Source: an uncultured Roseburia sp.
GTDB lineage: Bacteria > Bacillota > Clostridia > Lachnospirales > Lachnospiraceae
NCBI GenBank assembly: GCA_947088675.1
Contig: CAMUHN010000005.1
Location: 1,296-65,295, forward strand
Length of the DNA: 64,000 nucleotides
Reading direction: 5' to 3'
Shown: positions 1 to 8,982 of the stretch, in pieces
Layout: the number at the start of each line of letters is the position of its first letter
How positions within the stretch are numbered: position 1 is the stretch's first letter
The notes under the pieces: generated by a model
What the model was told of the DNA's origin: nothing
The model's input: only the letters and a program-made list of their open reading frames with translations
Databases searched by the model: none
Made by a program: the position numbers and the translations under genes

Positions 1-444
1 CGAATTTTGATAGTGGACGGACAGGGCGGAGGGGTTGGCCGACAGCTCGTAGAAAATATAAAAAAGGAATGTTTGGATTGTGAAGTCATTGCTGTCGGAA
101 CAAATGCCGTGGCAACGCAGACGATGTTAAAAGCTGGAGCTGACCATGCGGCAACCGGGGAAAACGCGGTAATTGCGGGATGCAGAAAAGCCAGTGTGAT
201 TATGGGGCCGGTCGGCATTGTCATTGCAGATTCGCTTTGGGGCGAAATTACGCCCGCGATGGCAGTTGCTATCGGGCAGGCTGACGCCGTTCGGATTTTG
301 CTTCCGATGAATCAGTGTGATAATCAGATTGTCGGGATCGAAGACGTATCGGTAGGCAGGCTGGTACAGTATAGCATGGAGGAGATTCGCAGGATAAGGC
401 GGAGTAAAAATAAGTCTTGCAACATGCCGGAAAACAGTTTATAA
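1..444 (+). CDS. DUF3842-family protein (5'-partial)
   Basis: IVDGQGGGVG...VGTNAVAT...GADHAATGENA pattern. The frame is open from position 1, so the true start probably lies upstream of the window. Confidence 0.75.
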   Translation, partial: RILIVDGQGGGVGRQLVENIKKECLDCEVIAVGTNAVATQTMLKAGADHAATGENAVIAGCRKASVIMGPVGIVIADSLWGEITPAMAVAIGQADAVRILLPMNQCDNQIVGIEDVSVGRLVQYSMEEIRRIRRSKNKSCNMPENSL

Positions 445-445
445 T
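417..445 (+). promoter_or_regulatory. sigma-A type promoter for the ECF transporter leader
   Basis: TTGCAA (417-422), 17 nt, TATAAT (440-445). Confidence 0.6.
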
Positions 446-450
446 AAACT

Positions 451-870
451 GGCAGTCGGGCGAACCCGACCTGGGGCGGCCGAAGCCAATCCGTGTTTTA
501 TAGATTTTGAAATGTATTCTGCGTTTTCGCTGCGGCGAAAGCGCGGCATATCAATTGACAATAAAATAGAGACAGAATACAGGATCGGAACTGTTGTAGC
601 TGCCTGCAGGCAGATGCAGCAGTTATTTTTATCTTATAAAAAAGGCCCTGTTATTTGAGGGGTTAAAGTGAGCAGCTTTCCTGTAAGATAAAAAACCCTC
701 TTATAACGTGAACGGGTTTATGCGCGAAAGAGTCCTGAGTCTCACACCGGAGAATTTCCAAAAGCCGGGGATTCTTCGCGCAGATATGAGATTCCGCGAA
801 GCGGAATCATGAAAGCTGGTGTGAGAAGAACTTCCGAATCGGCTGGCAGTTGATATGGACTTGAAACAGG
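451..870 (+). promoter_or_regulatory. candidate structured cis-regulatory leader RNA (riboswitch/attenuator-like, class not recognised)
   Basis: Hairpins at 455-470, 521-544, 589-624 (followed by a T-run) and 790-808, and an enclosing stem 740-750/816-826, in about 430 nt of non-coding DNA upstream of a transporter. Confidence 0.4.
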
Positions 871-885
871 AAAAATAAGCGAAAG

Positions 886-1728
886 GTGACAGAACGTATG
901 GACGCAGTAAACGGCCGGGGAATTTATTACAGCTATGACGCAGATTGCGGCGGAGAGCCTGTTTTGCAAAATATTGCCGTTTTGATCAGGAAAGGGGAGT
1001 TTACGGCAGTTCTCGGTGCAAACGGCAGTGGGAAAACAACGCTGGCCAGACATTTTAATGCGTTAAATCATCTGCAGAAAGGGCAGCTTACGGTCAACGA
1101 GCTGGATGTCGGCGATACATCCCGTCACTGGGATCTGCGCCGGCATGTCGGTATGGTTTTTCAGAATCCGGAGAACCAGTTTGTCTCTTTGATTGTAGAA
1201 GAAGATCTTGCGTTTGGACTGAAAAATTATGAGACGCCGGAGCGGGAAATACCACAGAGGATAAAAAAAGCGCTTGCGTCTGTCTCTATGGACGGTTATG
1301 AGCGTCATTCTTTGCACAGGCTGTCCGGGGGGCAGAAGCAGCGCATTGCGCTTGCAGCCGTTCTGGCGTTGGAACCGGATATCGTAATATTTGACGAGGC
1401 GACGTCAATGCTTGACCCCAAAGGGCGTTCTGAGGTGATGGGACAGATGAAAAAACTGCATTGTGAGGGGAAAACGATAATTTTGATTACGCATGATATC
1501 GAGGAGGCTGTGGAGGCAGAGAACGTTATTTTAATGAACCGTGGAAACATTCTGGCATGCGGTACGCCGCATGAGGTACTGACAGACAGAGCGCTGTTGG
1601 AGCAGGCAGAGATTTTGCCTCCGCTTGCGGTGCAGCTGTATTATGATTTAAAAGAACGCGGCGTATGCCTTGCGCATTGTCCGCTGAAGAAAGATGAACT
1701 GGTGGAGGAGCTATGTCAATTGAATTAA
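886..1728 (+). CDS. ecfA1: ECF transporter ATPase component (EcfA1/CbiO-like)
   Basis: Walker A GANGSGKT, FQNPENQ Q-loop, LSGGQKQR signature, IFDEATSMLD Walker B. Confidence 0.9.
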   Translation: MTERMDAVNGRGIYYSYDADCGGEPVLQNIAVLIRKGEFTAVLGANGSGKTTLARHFNALNHLQKGQLTVNELDVGDTSRHWDLRRHVGMVFQNPENQFVSLIVEEDLAFGLKNYETPEREIPQRIKKALASVSMDGYERHSLHRLSGGQKQRIALAAVLALEPDIVIFDEATSMLDPKGRSEVMGQMKKLHCEGKTIILITHDIEEAVEAENVILMNRGNILACGTPHEVLTDRALLEQAEILPPLAVQLYYDLKERGVCLAHCPLKKDELVEELCQLN

Positions 1729-2579
1729 ATCATGTCTCTTTTTGCTACGATTCGCATACGGCGGATGAGATCGCTGCGCTCCGTGAAGTGGAACTTTTTA
1801 TAGGAGACGGCGAATTTGTCGGGATTATGGGACATACCGGCTGTGGAAAAACTACGCTGGCGCAGCTTGTCGCCGGGCTTTTGACGCCGCTTGCAGGGGC
1901 TGTCAAAATTGACGGAGCTGATATCAACAAAAAAGGATATGACAGGAAGCTGCTGCGCAAAAAGGTCGGATTTGTATTTCAGTATCCTGAGCACCAGCTG
2001 TTTGAGACGACGGTGGAACGCGAGGTTGCCTTTGGAATTAAGAACAGCGGACTGTCGAAAGGAGAACAAAAGGAGCGCGTGAGAGCTGCTTTGGAGTGTA
2101 TGGGATTTCCTTTTGAAAAAATCCGAAAGGAATCGCCGTTGTCTTTTTCCGGAGGAGAAAAGAGACGGATCGCAATTGCAGGCGCCATTGTGTCGGAGCC
2201 CGACATCTTAATTCTGGATGAGCCGACAGCGGGTCTTGACGCAAAAAGCCGCGCATCATTTCATAAGATCATGGTGAAGCTGAATCATCGCAAAGCGACG
2301 GTACTGTGGATTTCTCACGACGCGGACAGCCTCTGTGAGTATGCCGGCCGGATACTTGTACTGGAGAAGGGCAAAGTTGTGATGGACGGGACTCCGCGGG
2401 AAGTTTTTGCGGATCCTGCAAAAACAGAACAATATCAGATCGGGGCCGGCCGGGTGCGCGTGATTTCAGAGATGCTGCAAAAACAGGGATTTCGATTCAG
2501 GCAGGAACCCATTCGATACCGGGAACTGCTGGATGGGCTTTGCAATCACTTCAAAGGGAGGAATGTAATTGGGGAATGA
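1713..2579 (+). CDS. ecfA2: ECF transporter ATPase component (EcfA2-like)
   Basis: GHTGCGKT, FQYPEHQLFE, FSGGEKRR, LDEPTAGLD; overlaps ecfA1. Confidence 0.9.
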   Translation: MSIELNHVSFCYDSHTADEIAALREVELFIGDGEFVGIMGHTGCGKTTLAQLVAGLLTPLAGAVKIDGADINKKGYDRKLLRKKVGFVFQYPEHQLFETTVEREVAFGIKNSGLSKGEQKERVRAALECMGFPFEKIRKESPLSFSGGEKRRIAIAGAIVSEPDILILDEPTAGLDAKSRASFHKIMVKLNHRKATVLWISHDADSLCEYAGRILVLEKGKVVMDGTPREVFADPAKTEQYQIGAGRVRVISEMLQKQGFRFRQEPIRYRELLDGLCNHFKGRNVIGE

Positions 2580-3357
2580 TATCATGGGTCAGTATATTGC
2601 GGGTGATTCCGTTTTTCATAAAATGCGCGGCTCGACAAAACTGATCTGTTTTTTTCTGATTTTGACGGCGGTGATACTGACGGATTCCGCAGCAGGTTTT
2701 TTCCTTCTGTTTATGACAGCGGCCGGCAGCGCCATACTGGCCGGGATCGGTCTTCGCAATATAGGGAAATCCATAGCAAGGCTGAAACTGTTTTTTATCA
2801 CAATTTTTCTGATGAATCTTTTCTTTTTTTCGTCGGAACAGGCATGGTGGTCATTCTGGATTTTTCACCTCTCGCCGGCAGGGTTGGAACAGGGGACAGT
2901 CGTGGTAATGCGCGTCGTTTTTTTGCTGCTTTTCAGTCGGATTTTAATTGGGACGACAACACCGGCTGAGCTGACAGGCGGTCTGGAGATTTTGCTGTCG
3001 CCGCTTGGCGTTTTCGGTATTTCAACCGGGGAAACGGCGATGATTTTGAGTGTTGCAGTACAGTTCATCCCGATCCTTTCAAAAGAGGCCGATCAGATCA
3101 GAAAAGCACAGATTGCCCGGGGCGCAGAATTTGAGGGCCGGCATTTTTGGGAGCGGGCCAAAAGCGCGCTGCCGGTTGTGATTCCTGTGTTTCTTGCTGC
3201 TTTTCGACGGGCGGATGAATTGGCGCTGGCAATGGAAGCGAGAGGATACCGTAAGGAAAAAGCGCAGAGAAAAAGGGGAAGAATCAGCATACATCTGTGC
3301 GATGTGCAGGCAATTGTTTTATCCGGTGCAGTATGTATGTCACAGATTCTATTGTAA
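2569..3357 (+). CDS. ecfT: ECF transporter transmembrane T component
   Basis: Hydrophobic, with AQIARG and AMEARG Ala-Arg-Gly motifs. Confidence 0.9.
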   Translation: MGNDIMGQYIAGDSVFHKMRGSTKLICFFLILTAVILTDSAAGFFLLFMTAAGSAILAGIGLRNIGKSIARLKLFFITIFLMNLFFFSSEQAWWSFWIFHLSPAGLEQGTVVVMRVVFLLLFSRILIGTTTPAELTGGLEILLSPLGVFGISTGETAMILSVAVQFIPILSKEADQIRKAQIARGAEFEGRHFWERAKSALPVVIPVFLAAFRRADELALAMEARGYRKEKAQRKRGRISIHLCDVQAIVLSGAVCMSQILL

Positions 3358-3374
3358 AAACGAGGAGGATTCGA

Positions 3375-3932
3375 ATGAAAAGTCAGTTATCTGAGGTAAA
3401 ATGCGCGGTGCTTACGGCAGCGAGCATAGCGCTTTGTATTGTGCTGCCGATGGCATTTCATGCCATTCCGAATGCAGGTAATATTTTTCTGCCAATGCAT
3501 ATTCCGGTACTGCTGTGCGGACTTGTCTGCGGCTGGCAGTATGGACTGCTCTGTGGAATTGCAGGACCGGTATTGTCGGCCGTACTGACAGGGATGCCGC
3601 CGGCGGCCGTTCTTCCGGGTATGGCAGCCGAAACTGCAGTATTTGGAATTGTCACAGGCATTATGATGAAAATGATACATACAAAGCGTCTCTTGCCGGA
3701 TCTTTATATCAGTCTCATTACAGCTATCTTACTGGGGAAAGTGGTTTCCGGAGCTGCCAAAGCGCTTTTGTTTTCGGCGGGAGAGTATTCCATGGCGGCA
3801 TGGGTGAGCGCTTCCTTTGTAACTGCGTGGCCGGGGCTTTTGCTTCAGCTTGCGTTAATCCCTGCCGTTACGGCAGCGCTGGAGAAAGCGAAACTGATTC
3901 CGGCAAGGTATCCGAATCAGAGAGGGAGGTAA
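3375..3932 (+). CDS. ECF transporter substrate-binding S component
   Basis: About 185-aa multi-TM protein, FLPMHIPVLLCG motif, GAGGAGG RBS, follows ecfT. Confidence 0.8.
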   Translation: MKSQLSEVKCAVLTAASIALCIVLPMAFHAIPNAGNIFLPMHIPVLLCGLVCGWQYGLLCGIAGPVLSAVLTGMPPAAVLPGMAAETAVFGIVTGIMMKMIHTKRLLPDLYISLITAILLGKVVSGAAKALLFSAGEYSMAAWVSASFVTAWPGLLLQLALIPAVTAALEKAKLIPARYPNQRGR

Positions 3933-3934
3933 GA

Positions 3935-4363
3935 ATGAGTCATGATTTAAAAAGAGCAAAAGAACTGCTCCGGAGAGAGGACGGCTATACATGCGTTTTG
4001 TGTAAAGGCGAAACCGTCTATGCCGATACAAAAAGAGGGATTGCGCCTATGCTGTCGTTTTTGGAAGACGGCACTGTACTGGACGGATTTTCCGCAGCGG
4101 ACAGAGTAGTCGGAAAAGCCGCGGCCTTTTTATTTGTGCTTTCTGGCGTAAAAGAGGTATATGCGAACGTTATGGCTCAGAGCGCAGTTGATGTGTTAAA
4201 AGCGCATGGGATATTGTATTCGTATGATATCCTGGCGGATCATATCAGCAATCGCAGCAAGACGGATCTGTGTCCCATGGAAAAAGCGGTGGCGGAAGTA
4301 TCCGATCCGAAAGCGGCTTTTTTTGCAGTCAGAGAGACTTTCGCACAGCTGAATAAAGCCTGA
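3935..4363 (+). CDS. DUF1893 (TM1506-like) protein
   Basis: RGIAP...ADRVVGKAAA...I.NR...CPME motifs; GGAGG RBS before the ATG at 3935. Confidence 0.8.
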   Translation: MSHDLKRAKELLRREDGYTCVLCKGETVYADTKRGIAPMLSFLEDGTVLDGFSAADRVVGKAAAFLFVLSGVKEVYANVMAQSAVDVLKAHGILYSYDILADHISNRSKTDLCPMEKAVAEVSDPKAAFFAVRETFAQLNKA

Positions 4364-4461
4364 TCCGAAACGGATGGATTGGCTATTGTACCGTCTGAAA
4401 AAGCGTGATAAAATGTTTGAGGAGACAACGAGAAAAAGAATTGGGTACAATGGAGGACAGG

Positions 4462-6495
4462 ATGAACAGAAAAGAACTTACGGATCTTCTCGTAACATCA
4501 TGCCAGCAATACAGCCAGGCAAAATTTATCCCGTGGTGGGAGGACGATTATGAAAATTCCGGATACTGGTATGAGATTTTTGAGCAAAAAACAATTGAAG
4601 AAGTAAAGATCTGTATCGCAGCGTGTGAGAAAGAAGAGCTTCTTGCTCCGGTCAGCCGCATCGGCCTTACGCTGTTTCATCTTCTGGTATGGCATAATTT
4701 CTATGATGTGGTAAAAGAGCTGCTCTGTAGCGGAACGATCACGGAGGAAGAGGTCAATCTGCCGGATCTGAACGGAAACGGTCTTACGCCGCTGCTGCTG
4801 ACCTGTCTCTGCGGAAATTTATCTATGGCAGAGCTGTTGCTGGAGCATGGAGCCGATGACAGTGTCTGTGACAAAAGAGGGATGAATGCATTCCATTTTC
4901 TGGCTTATGCAAGATTTGAGGGAGTGGAACTTGCCTTTGCCTGCAGGGAACACAGCGCAGATCAACGGGCCGGGATTGCCCGTCTGTTAAACTGTGATAT
5001 CAATCAGAAAGCAGAGAACAAAATGACGCCGCTTGCGCGTCTTGTGTCAACAGAATGCAGTTCGGATTACAGCTATCAGCTGCCCGAAATATTTTTGGAA
5101 AAGGGCGCGGCAGTCGATTATGTGGATGAAAACGGCAATACGCTTCTGCTGCTGGCCCTGATGAATAATCACAGGACAGCGGCGATGAAACTGATGGAGC
5201 AGTGTCCGCAGATGCTGGATCAGGCAAACAGGCAGGGCGTGACGCCTGTTTCACATACGGTGTCCTGGCAGGATCAGGCGATGTATCTTGCGCTGACAGA
5301 TCACGGGGCGGCGCCAGCCGACAGGGAGGAGATCCAACTGTTTCCGCTCAGCCAGATTACAGGCAATGTCTTTTGTGATGTTTCCGGAGATAACAGGGAC
5401 GCGTTAAGTATTGCGCTGTATCTGACGAAAAAACTGGTGGAGCAGGCAGATCTGGATGATGACGACGAGCTGGGAGAAGTAACGGATATTTTGCACAATG
5501 CCCTGATTGCCGACCCGGATGCAGCTGTGCTGGATACGTTTCATGAGGCCGGCGTTGATTTTACCATGCAGATCCATTACCGCGGGGAACGGATCTGCAT
5601 GAGAGATGAAATTATCAGCCGTTGCTGCGGAACGAAAGTTCTGCAAAAGCTGGCAAAGCTGCATGTGGATCTCGATGAGGCTGTTGTTTACGGGCGTACG
5701 CCGGTCAATCTGATTGCATCGAGAGAGCGCAGGCGCGATGCGAAAGACGAGTCTTTCTTTGAAGAAGCGGCCGGGTTCTTTTCCGTGGAATCCATGGAAC
5801 AGCTGAACAATCAGGGCCAGGCTGCGATTCATCTGGCTGCAAAAGAAGGGCATACCGGTATGCTTAAAGCTATGATGGAAAAAGGGGCGGATGTTAATCT
5901 GACAGAAGATGCGCCTGCACAGGCAGGTACAACGGCGCTCCATGAGGCCTGTGCAAACGGCCATGCAGACGCGGTTCGTCTGCTGATCCAGGCCAATGCA
6001 GACGATACCATGAAAAATCTGGAGGGGGAAACGCCGGCTCATTTTGCAGTTATGAACAGGAAGTACCGGCAGCCGCTGCAGGCAGGGCAGAAAGTCGCAA
6101 TACTCAAAGAGCTCAAAAATATAGATATTCCGGGAAACGACGGGAAAACGCCGTTTATGCTGAATACAGACAGTGAGCTTCTTCCGGTTTTTCTGGAGAG
6201 AGGCGTGGATGTCAACCATAAAGACAACAACGGAATGACAGCCATCATGCTTCATCCGGATAAAGATCTGATCAAGCCGCTTCTGCGCGCAGGAGCCGAT
6301 CTTCATCTGGCTGATAACGAGGGGAATACCGTACTGCATCATGCGCTGTACGAGTATGCAGAAGGTACGGCGCGTTATCTGATAAAAAAAGGAGCTGATT
6401 ATAATCGCCCGAACAATGCAGGGGAAACGCCTGTGCAGATAGCGGCGGAAAAGGGGTTTGACACTGTATTGGAGCTTATGACAGAAATAGATTAG
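4462..6495 (+). CDS. ankyrin repeat protein
   Basis: Many G.T(P/A)LH.A...G...V..LL..GAD.N repeats; GGAGG RBS before 4462 (alternative start 4450). Confidence 0.85.
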   Translation: MNRKELTDLLVTSCQQYSQAKFIPWWEDDYENSGYWYEIFEQKTIEEVKICIAACEKEELLAPVSRIGLTLFHLLVWHNFYDVVKELLCSGTITEEEVNLPDLNGNGLTPLLLTCLCGNLSMAELLLEHGADDSVCDKRGMNAFHFLAYARFEGVELAFACREHSADQRAGIARLLNCDINQKAENKMTPLARLVSTECSSDYSYQLPEIFLEKGAAVDYVDENGNTLLLLALMNNHRTAAMKLMEQCPQMLDQANRQGVTPVSHTVSWQDQAMYLALTDHGAAPADREEIQLFPLSQITGNVFCDVSGDNRDALSIALYLTKKLVEQADLDDDDELGEVTDILHNALIADPDAAVLDTFHEAGVDFTMQIHYRGERICMRDEIISRCCGTKVLQKLAKLHVDLDEAVVYGRTPVNLIASRERRRDAKDESFFEEAAGFFSVESMEQLNNQGQAAIHLAAKEGHTGMLKAMMEKGADVNLTEDAPAQAGTTALHEACANGHADAVRLLIQANADDTMKNLEGETPAHFAVMNRKYRQPLQAGQKVAILKELKNIDIPGNDGKTPFMLNTDSELLPVFLERGVDVNHKDNNGMTAIMLHPDKDLIKPLLRAGADLHLADNEGNTVLHHALYEYAEGTARYLIKKGADYNRPNNAGETPVQIAAEKGFDTVLELMTEID

Positions 6496-6552
6496 ATTTA
6501 TCTTATCGCCGACAGACACGGTGTCAGCTGTGATCAGACATGGGAGGCCAGT

Positions 6553-6993
6553 TTGAAAATTACAATTGAGGAAATCGGAGCGACGCAGGAGGAGCAGGTG
6601 ATTATTCGATGCCGTGAGGTCAATCAGGAGATTTTGGATTTGTGCAGTAAGATCAGAAGACATCAGAGTTATGTGGCGGTATCCTGCGGGAAAGAGATTT
6701 ACCGTATTGCAATTTGCGATATCTTTTACTTTGAGACAGTCGACAGCAAATCATTTCTCTACGGTAGTGACAGAGTATATGAGACAAAGCTGAAATTGTA
6801 TGAATTTGAGGAAATTTGCAGCGGTACAGCTTTTTTTCGCGCGTCAAAATCAGTGGTACTGAATGCGGACAAGATACGATGTGTAAAACCTGCGCTAAGC
6901 GGAAGATTTGAGGCTACGCTGGAAAACGGGGAAAAGGTTGTTGTCTCAAGGCAGTATGTGCAGGATTTAAAGAGAGCGCTTGGGATGCGTTAG
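6553..6993 (+). CDS. LytTR DNA-binding domain regulator without receiver domain
   Basis: DIFYFE...KLYEFE...FFRASKS...L.NGEKVVVSRQY. Confidence 0.85.
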   Translation: MKITIEEIGATQEEQVIIRCREVNQEILDLCSKIRRHQSYVAVSCGKEIYRIAICDIFYFETVDSKSFLYGSDRVYETKLKLYEFEEICSGTAFFRASKSVVLNADKIRCVKPALSGRFEATLENGEKVVVSRQYVQDLKRALGMR

Positions 6994-7036
6994 TTTACTG
7001 CGGGGGAAACAGATTTCGGGAAAGGATGGAGACGAT

Positions 7037-7468
7037 ATGAAATCATTGCTGCGCATGATGATACGGCATTTTTTTATAATTTATACAGGTTCTATTTTGG
7101 GAACGGTCGTCTATTGTCTGATTTTCTGCAGGGATGAGATGTATGGGATAGATTATTTTATCAGAATATTCTTTTTATCTGTGTTGGGCGATCTGCCGCT
7201 GCTTGTATTCTACTCGAAAGAGGAGCTGAGCAGAAAACAGATGGCAAAGAGATGGGGGATTCATTTTTGTCTGTTGGAGGCAGTATTGATGGCCGCCGGA
7301 AAGTATTTGGGTTTGTATCATGTTTTTTTATGGGAGGGGGTTGTTTTTTTCCTGATTGTTGCGATGGTTTATCTGATCGTTGTGTTTTTCGGTGTTGTGA
7401 TAGATATGGTCACGGCGGAGCAGATGAATGAATTTATTCGTAAAAAAAATGAGGGTCGGTTTCGGTGA
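7037..7468 (+). CDS. DUF3021-like small membrane protein
   Basis: Four hydrophobic segments, directly after the LytTR gene (typical pairing). Confidence 0.6.
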   Translation: MKSLLRMMIRHFFIIYTGSILGTVVYCLIFCRDEMYGIDYFIRIFFLSVLGDLPLLVFYSKEELSRKQMAKRWGIHFCLLEAVLMAAGKYLGLYHVFLWEGVVFFLIVAMVYLIVVFFGVVIDMVTAEQMNEFIRKKNEGRFR

Positions 7469-7500
7469 CGAGACTGTCCCTCGTTTTTTTGCGCGCAGGC

Positions 7501-8520
7501 CTACTCGACGGATCTCCATTTTTCGATTGCCTGACAAAGTACGGCGATTGCTCCGAATACAACGCCGGCAATTGGCCAGATGATCCAGGTATGTTCCCAG
7601 TTTGTGGAGGTGAAACTCCAGAAGAGATAGACGGCAGTGACAAGAAGCCAATAGATCCCGGCGACAGAGTCGATGATTTTGCGGCCCTTTTTTCTCGATG
7701 CCTCATATTCTTCCTTTTGGAGCAGTATTTTTATGCATTCAAGCGGCATTCCGCAGATAATAAAGCACGCGACGGCAATGCTGATCAGTAAGAGCAGATA
7801 AACGACGGAGAAAACAGCGTAAGCGTTGCCCCAGGAGCTGCCGGATGCAATCAGAGTTGGTATGACGGAAATAATACAGAGTACGACGCCGGCTGCAATG
7901 CCTGTTATGGATTTTGGGCGTATCTCAGTTTCCGTCTGCTGTATTTTATGTTCTGCGTCAGGTGTGAGAACAAAAGGTTCTTTTTTCAAAAATTCAAATT
8001 GTTCCAGCTTTGAACCGAAATAAATAAAAAGAAATACTGCAACTGCAATCATAAGCAGAAGCGGAACAACGCCTGCGGCGATAATCGTAAAATCACTTAA
8101 ACGCTTGAACTGTCCGTCAATTCCCGCGCAGATCAGAAGGAAGACGGGGCTGCAAATACAGAGCATAACGCCTGCGGCAATCCATTTCGAGACAGAGCGT
8201 GTGTAAGAGAGATATTTCTCTGCCGTATTTAAGTTGACAACCCGTCTGTTGTTTTCCTTTGTCTCGTCGACAGAAAAAGGCGCAGCCTGTTTCGGGCCGC
8301 CATAGATTGCCCCAATTCCCAGTTCGTCCGCAAGTTCCTCCAGATCGCCAAATTCGGAAATTACGATACCGATCGCTTCATTTGGCTTTTTATTTTCTGC
8401 AATCAGCTCATTGTACTTATCTTCCATCATGTGTGCCAGTTCTTCCTTTGCCCGCAGTACCTCAGGTGTGCGCGGCAGGTTCAGGAATAAATTTTCCAGA
8501 TAGGATGTGATGACTTCCAT
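7501..8520 (-). CDS. PadR-associated membrane protein with permease-prefix (HAAS-like) domain
   Basis: N-terminal YLENLF..LP.T.EV..AKEEL...MEDKY..L...EA.GIVISEFG followed by about 6 TM segments. Confidence 0.75.
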   Translation of the reverse strand: MEVITSYLENLFLNLPRTPEVLRAKEELAHMMEDKYNELIAENKKPNEAIGIVISEFGDLEELADELGIGAIYGGPKQAAPFSVDETKENNRRVVNLNTAEKYLSYTRSVSKWIAAGVMLCICSPVFLLICAGIDGQFKRLSDFTIIAAGVVPLLLMIAVAVFLFIYFGSKLEQFEFLKKEPFVLTPDAEHKIQQTETEIRPKSITGIAAGVVLCIISVIPTLIASGSSWGNAYAVFSVVYLLLLISIAVACFIICGMPLECIKILLQKEEYEASRKKGRKIIDSVAGIYWLLVTAVYLFWSFTSTNWEHTWIIWPIAGVVFGAIAVLCQAIEKWRSVE

Positions 8521-8534
8521 AATTAACCCCCTTA

Positions 8535-8861
8535 TTATACACTGTGAATAAATTTGTCAACAACTGTTTTTACCAGACTCCATTCCCCGCATTTTTGCTG
8601 AAACAGCGCGCGTCCCGCATCTGTAATCCTGTAATAGGTGCGTTGTTTTCCGTTTGTCTCTGTTCCGGAATAGGACTCGATACATCCTGTTTTTTCCAGT
8701 CGCGTAAACGCAGAATACAGGGTGGTTTCTTTCATTATGTAGGTATCGTCCGATTTTTTTCTGATTTTTTTGGAGATTTCATATCCGTAAGAATCTTCCT
8801 GTGCCAACAGAGATAAAATCATAAGATCGTTATACCCACGCATGACATCGCTGCCAATCAA
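8535..8861 (-). CDS. PadR family transcriptional regulator
   Basis: DSYGYEI...ETTLYSAFTRLE...RTYYRIT. Confidence 0.9.
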   Translation of the reverse strand: MIGSDVMRGYNDLMILSLLAQEDSYGYEISKKIRKKSDDTYIMKETTLYSAFTRLEKTGCIESYSGTETNGKQRTYYRITDAGRALFQQKCGEWSLVKTVVDKFIHSV

Positions 8862-8893
8862 CGGATCACCCCGGCTTTCTGTGAAAAAATAAA

Positions 8894-8961
8894 AACTACT
8901 CCATCAGAAGTATTACGTCTGATGAAGTAGTTATATCATAATTACTACGACAGGTCAAGTA
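8894..8961 (-). promoter_or_regulatory. padR promoter with putative operator repeats
   Basis: Minus strand TTGACC, 17 nt, TATAAC (extended TG); three TAC-N8-AAGTA units and an inverted repeat at 8894-8932. Confidence 0.5.
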
Positions 8962-8982
8962 TTTTTTATCGTTAAAATGTAA

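Noticed and set aside
451-500. Guanidine-II or c-di-GMP-I riboswitch
   Set aside because: The loops are CGAA rather than ACGR and the GEMM consensus is not matched; kept only as an unclassified leader
3515-3934. N-terminal extension of the 282-aa ORF
   Set aside because: Overlaps the S-component gene in another frame; the real start is the ATG at 3935 with a GGAGG RBS
5404-6663. 419-aa minus-strand ORF
   Set aside because: Antisense shadow of the ankyrin and LytTR genes, with no recognisable motifs
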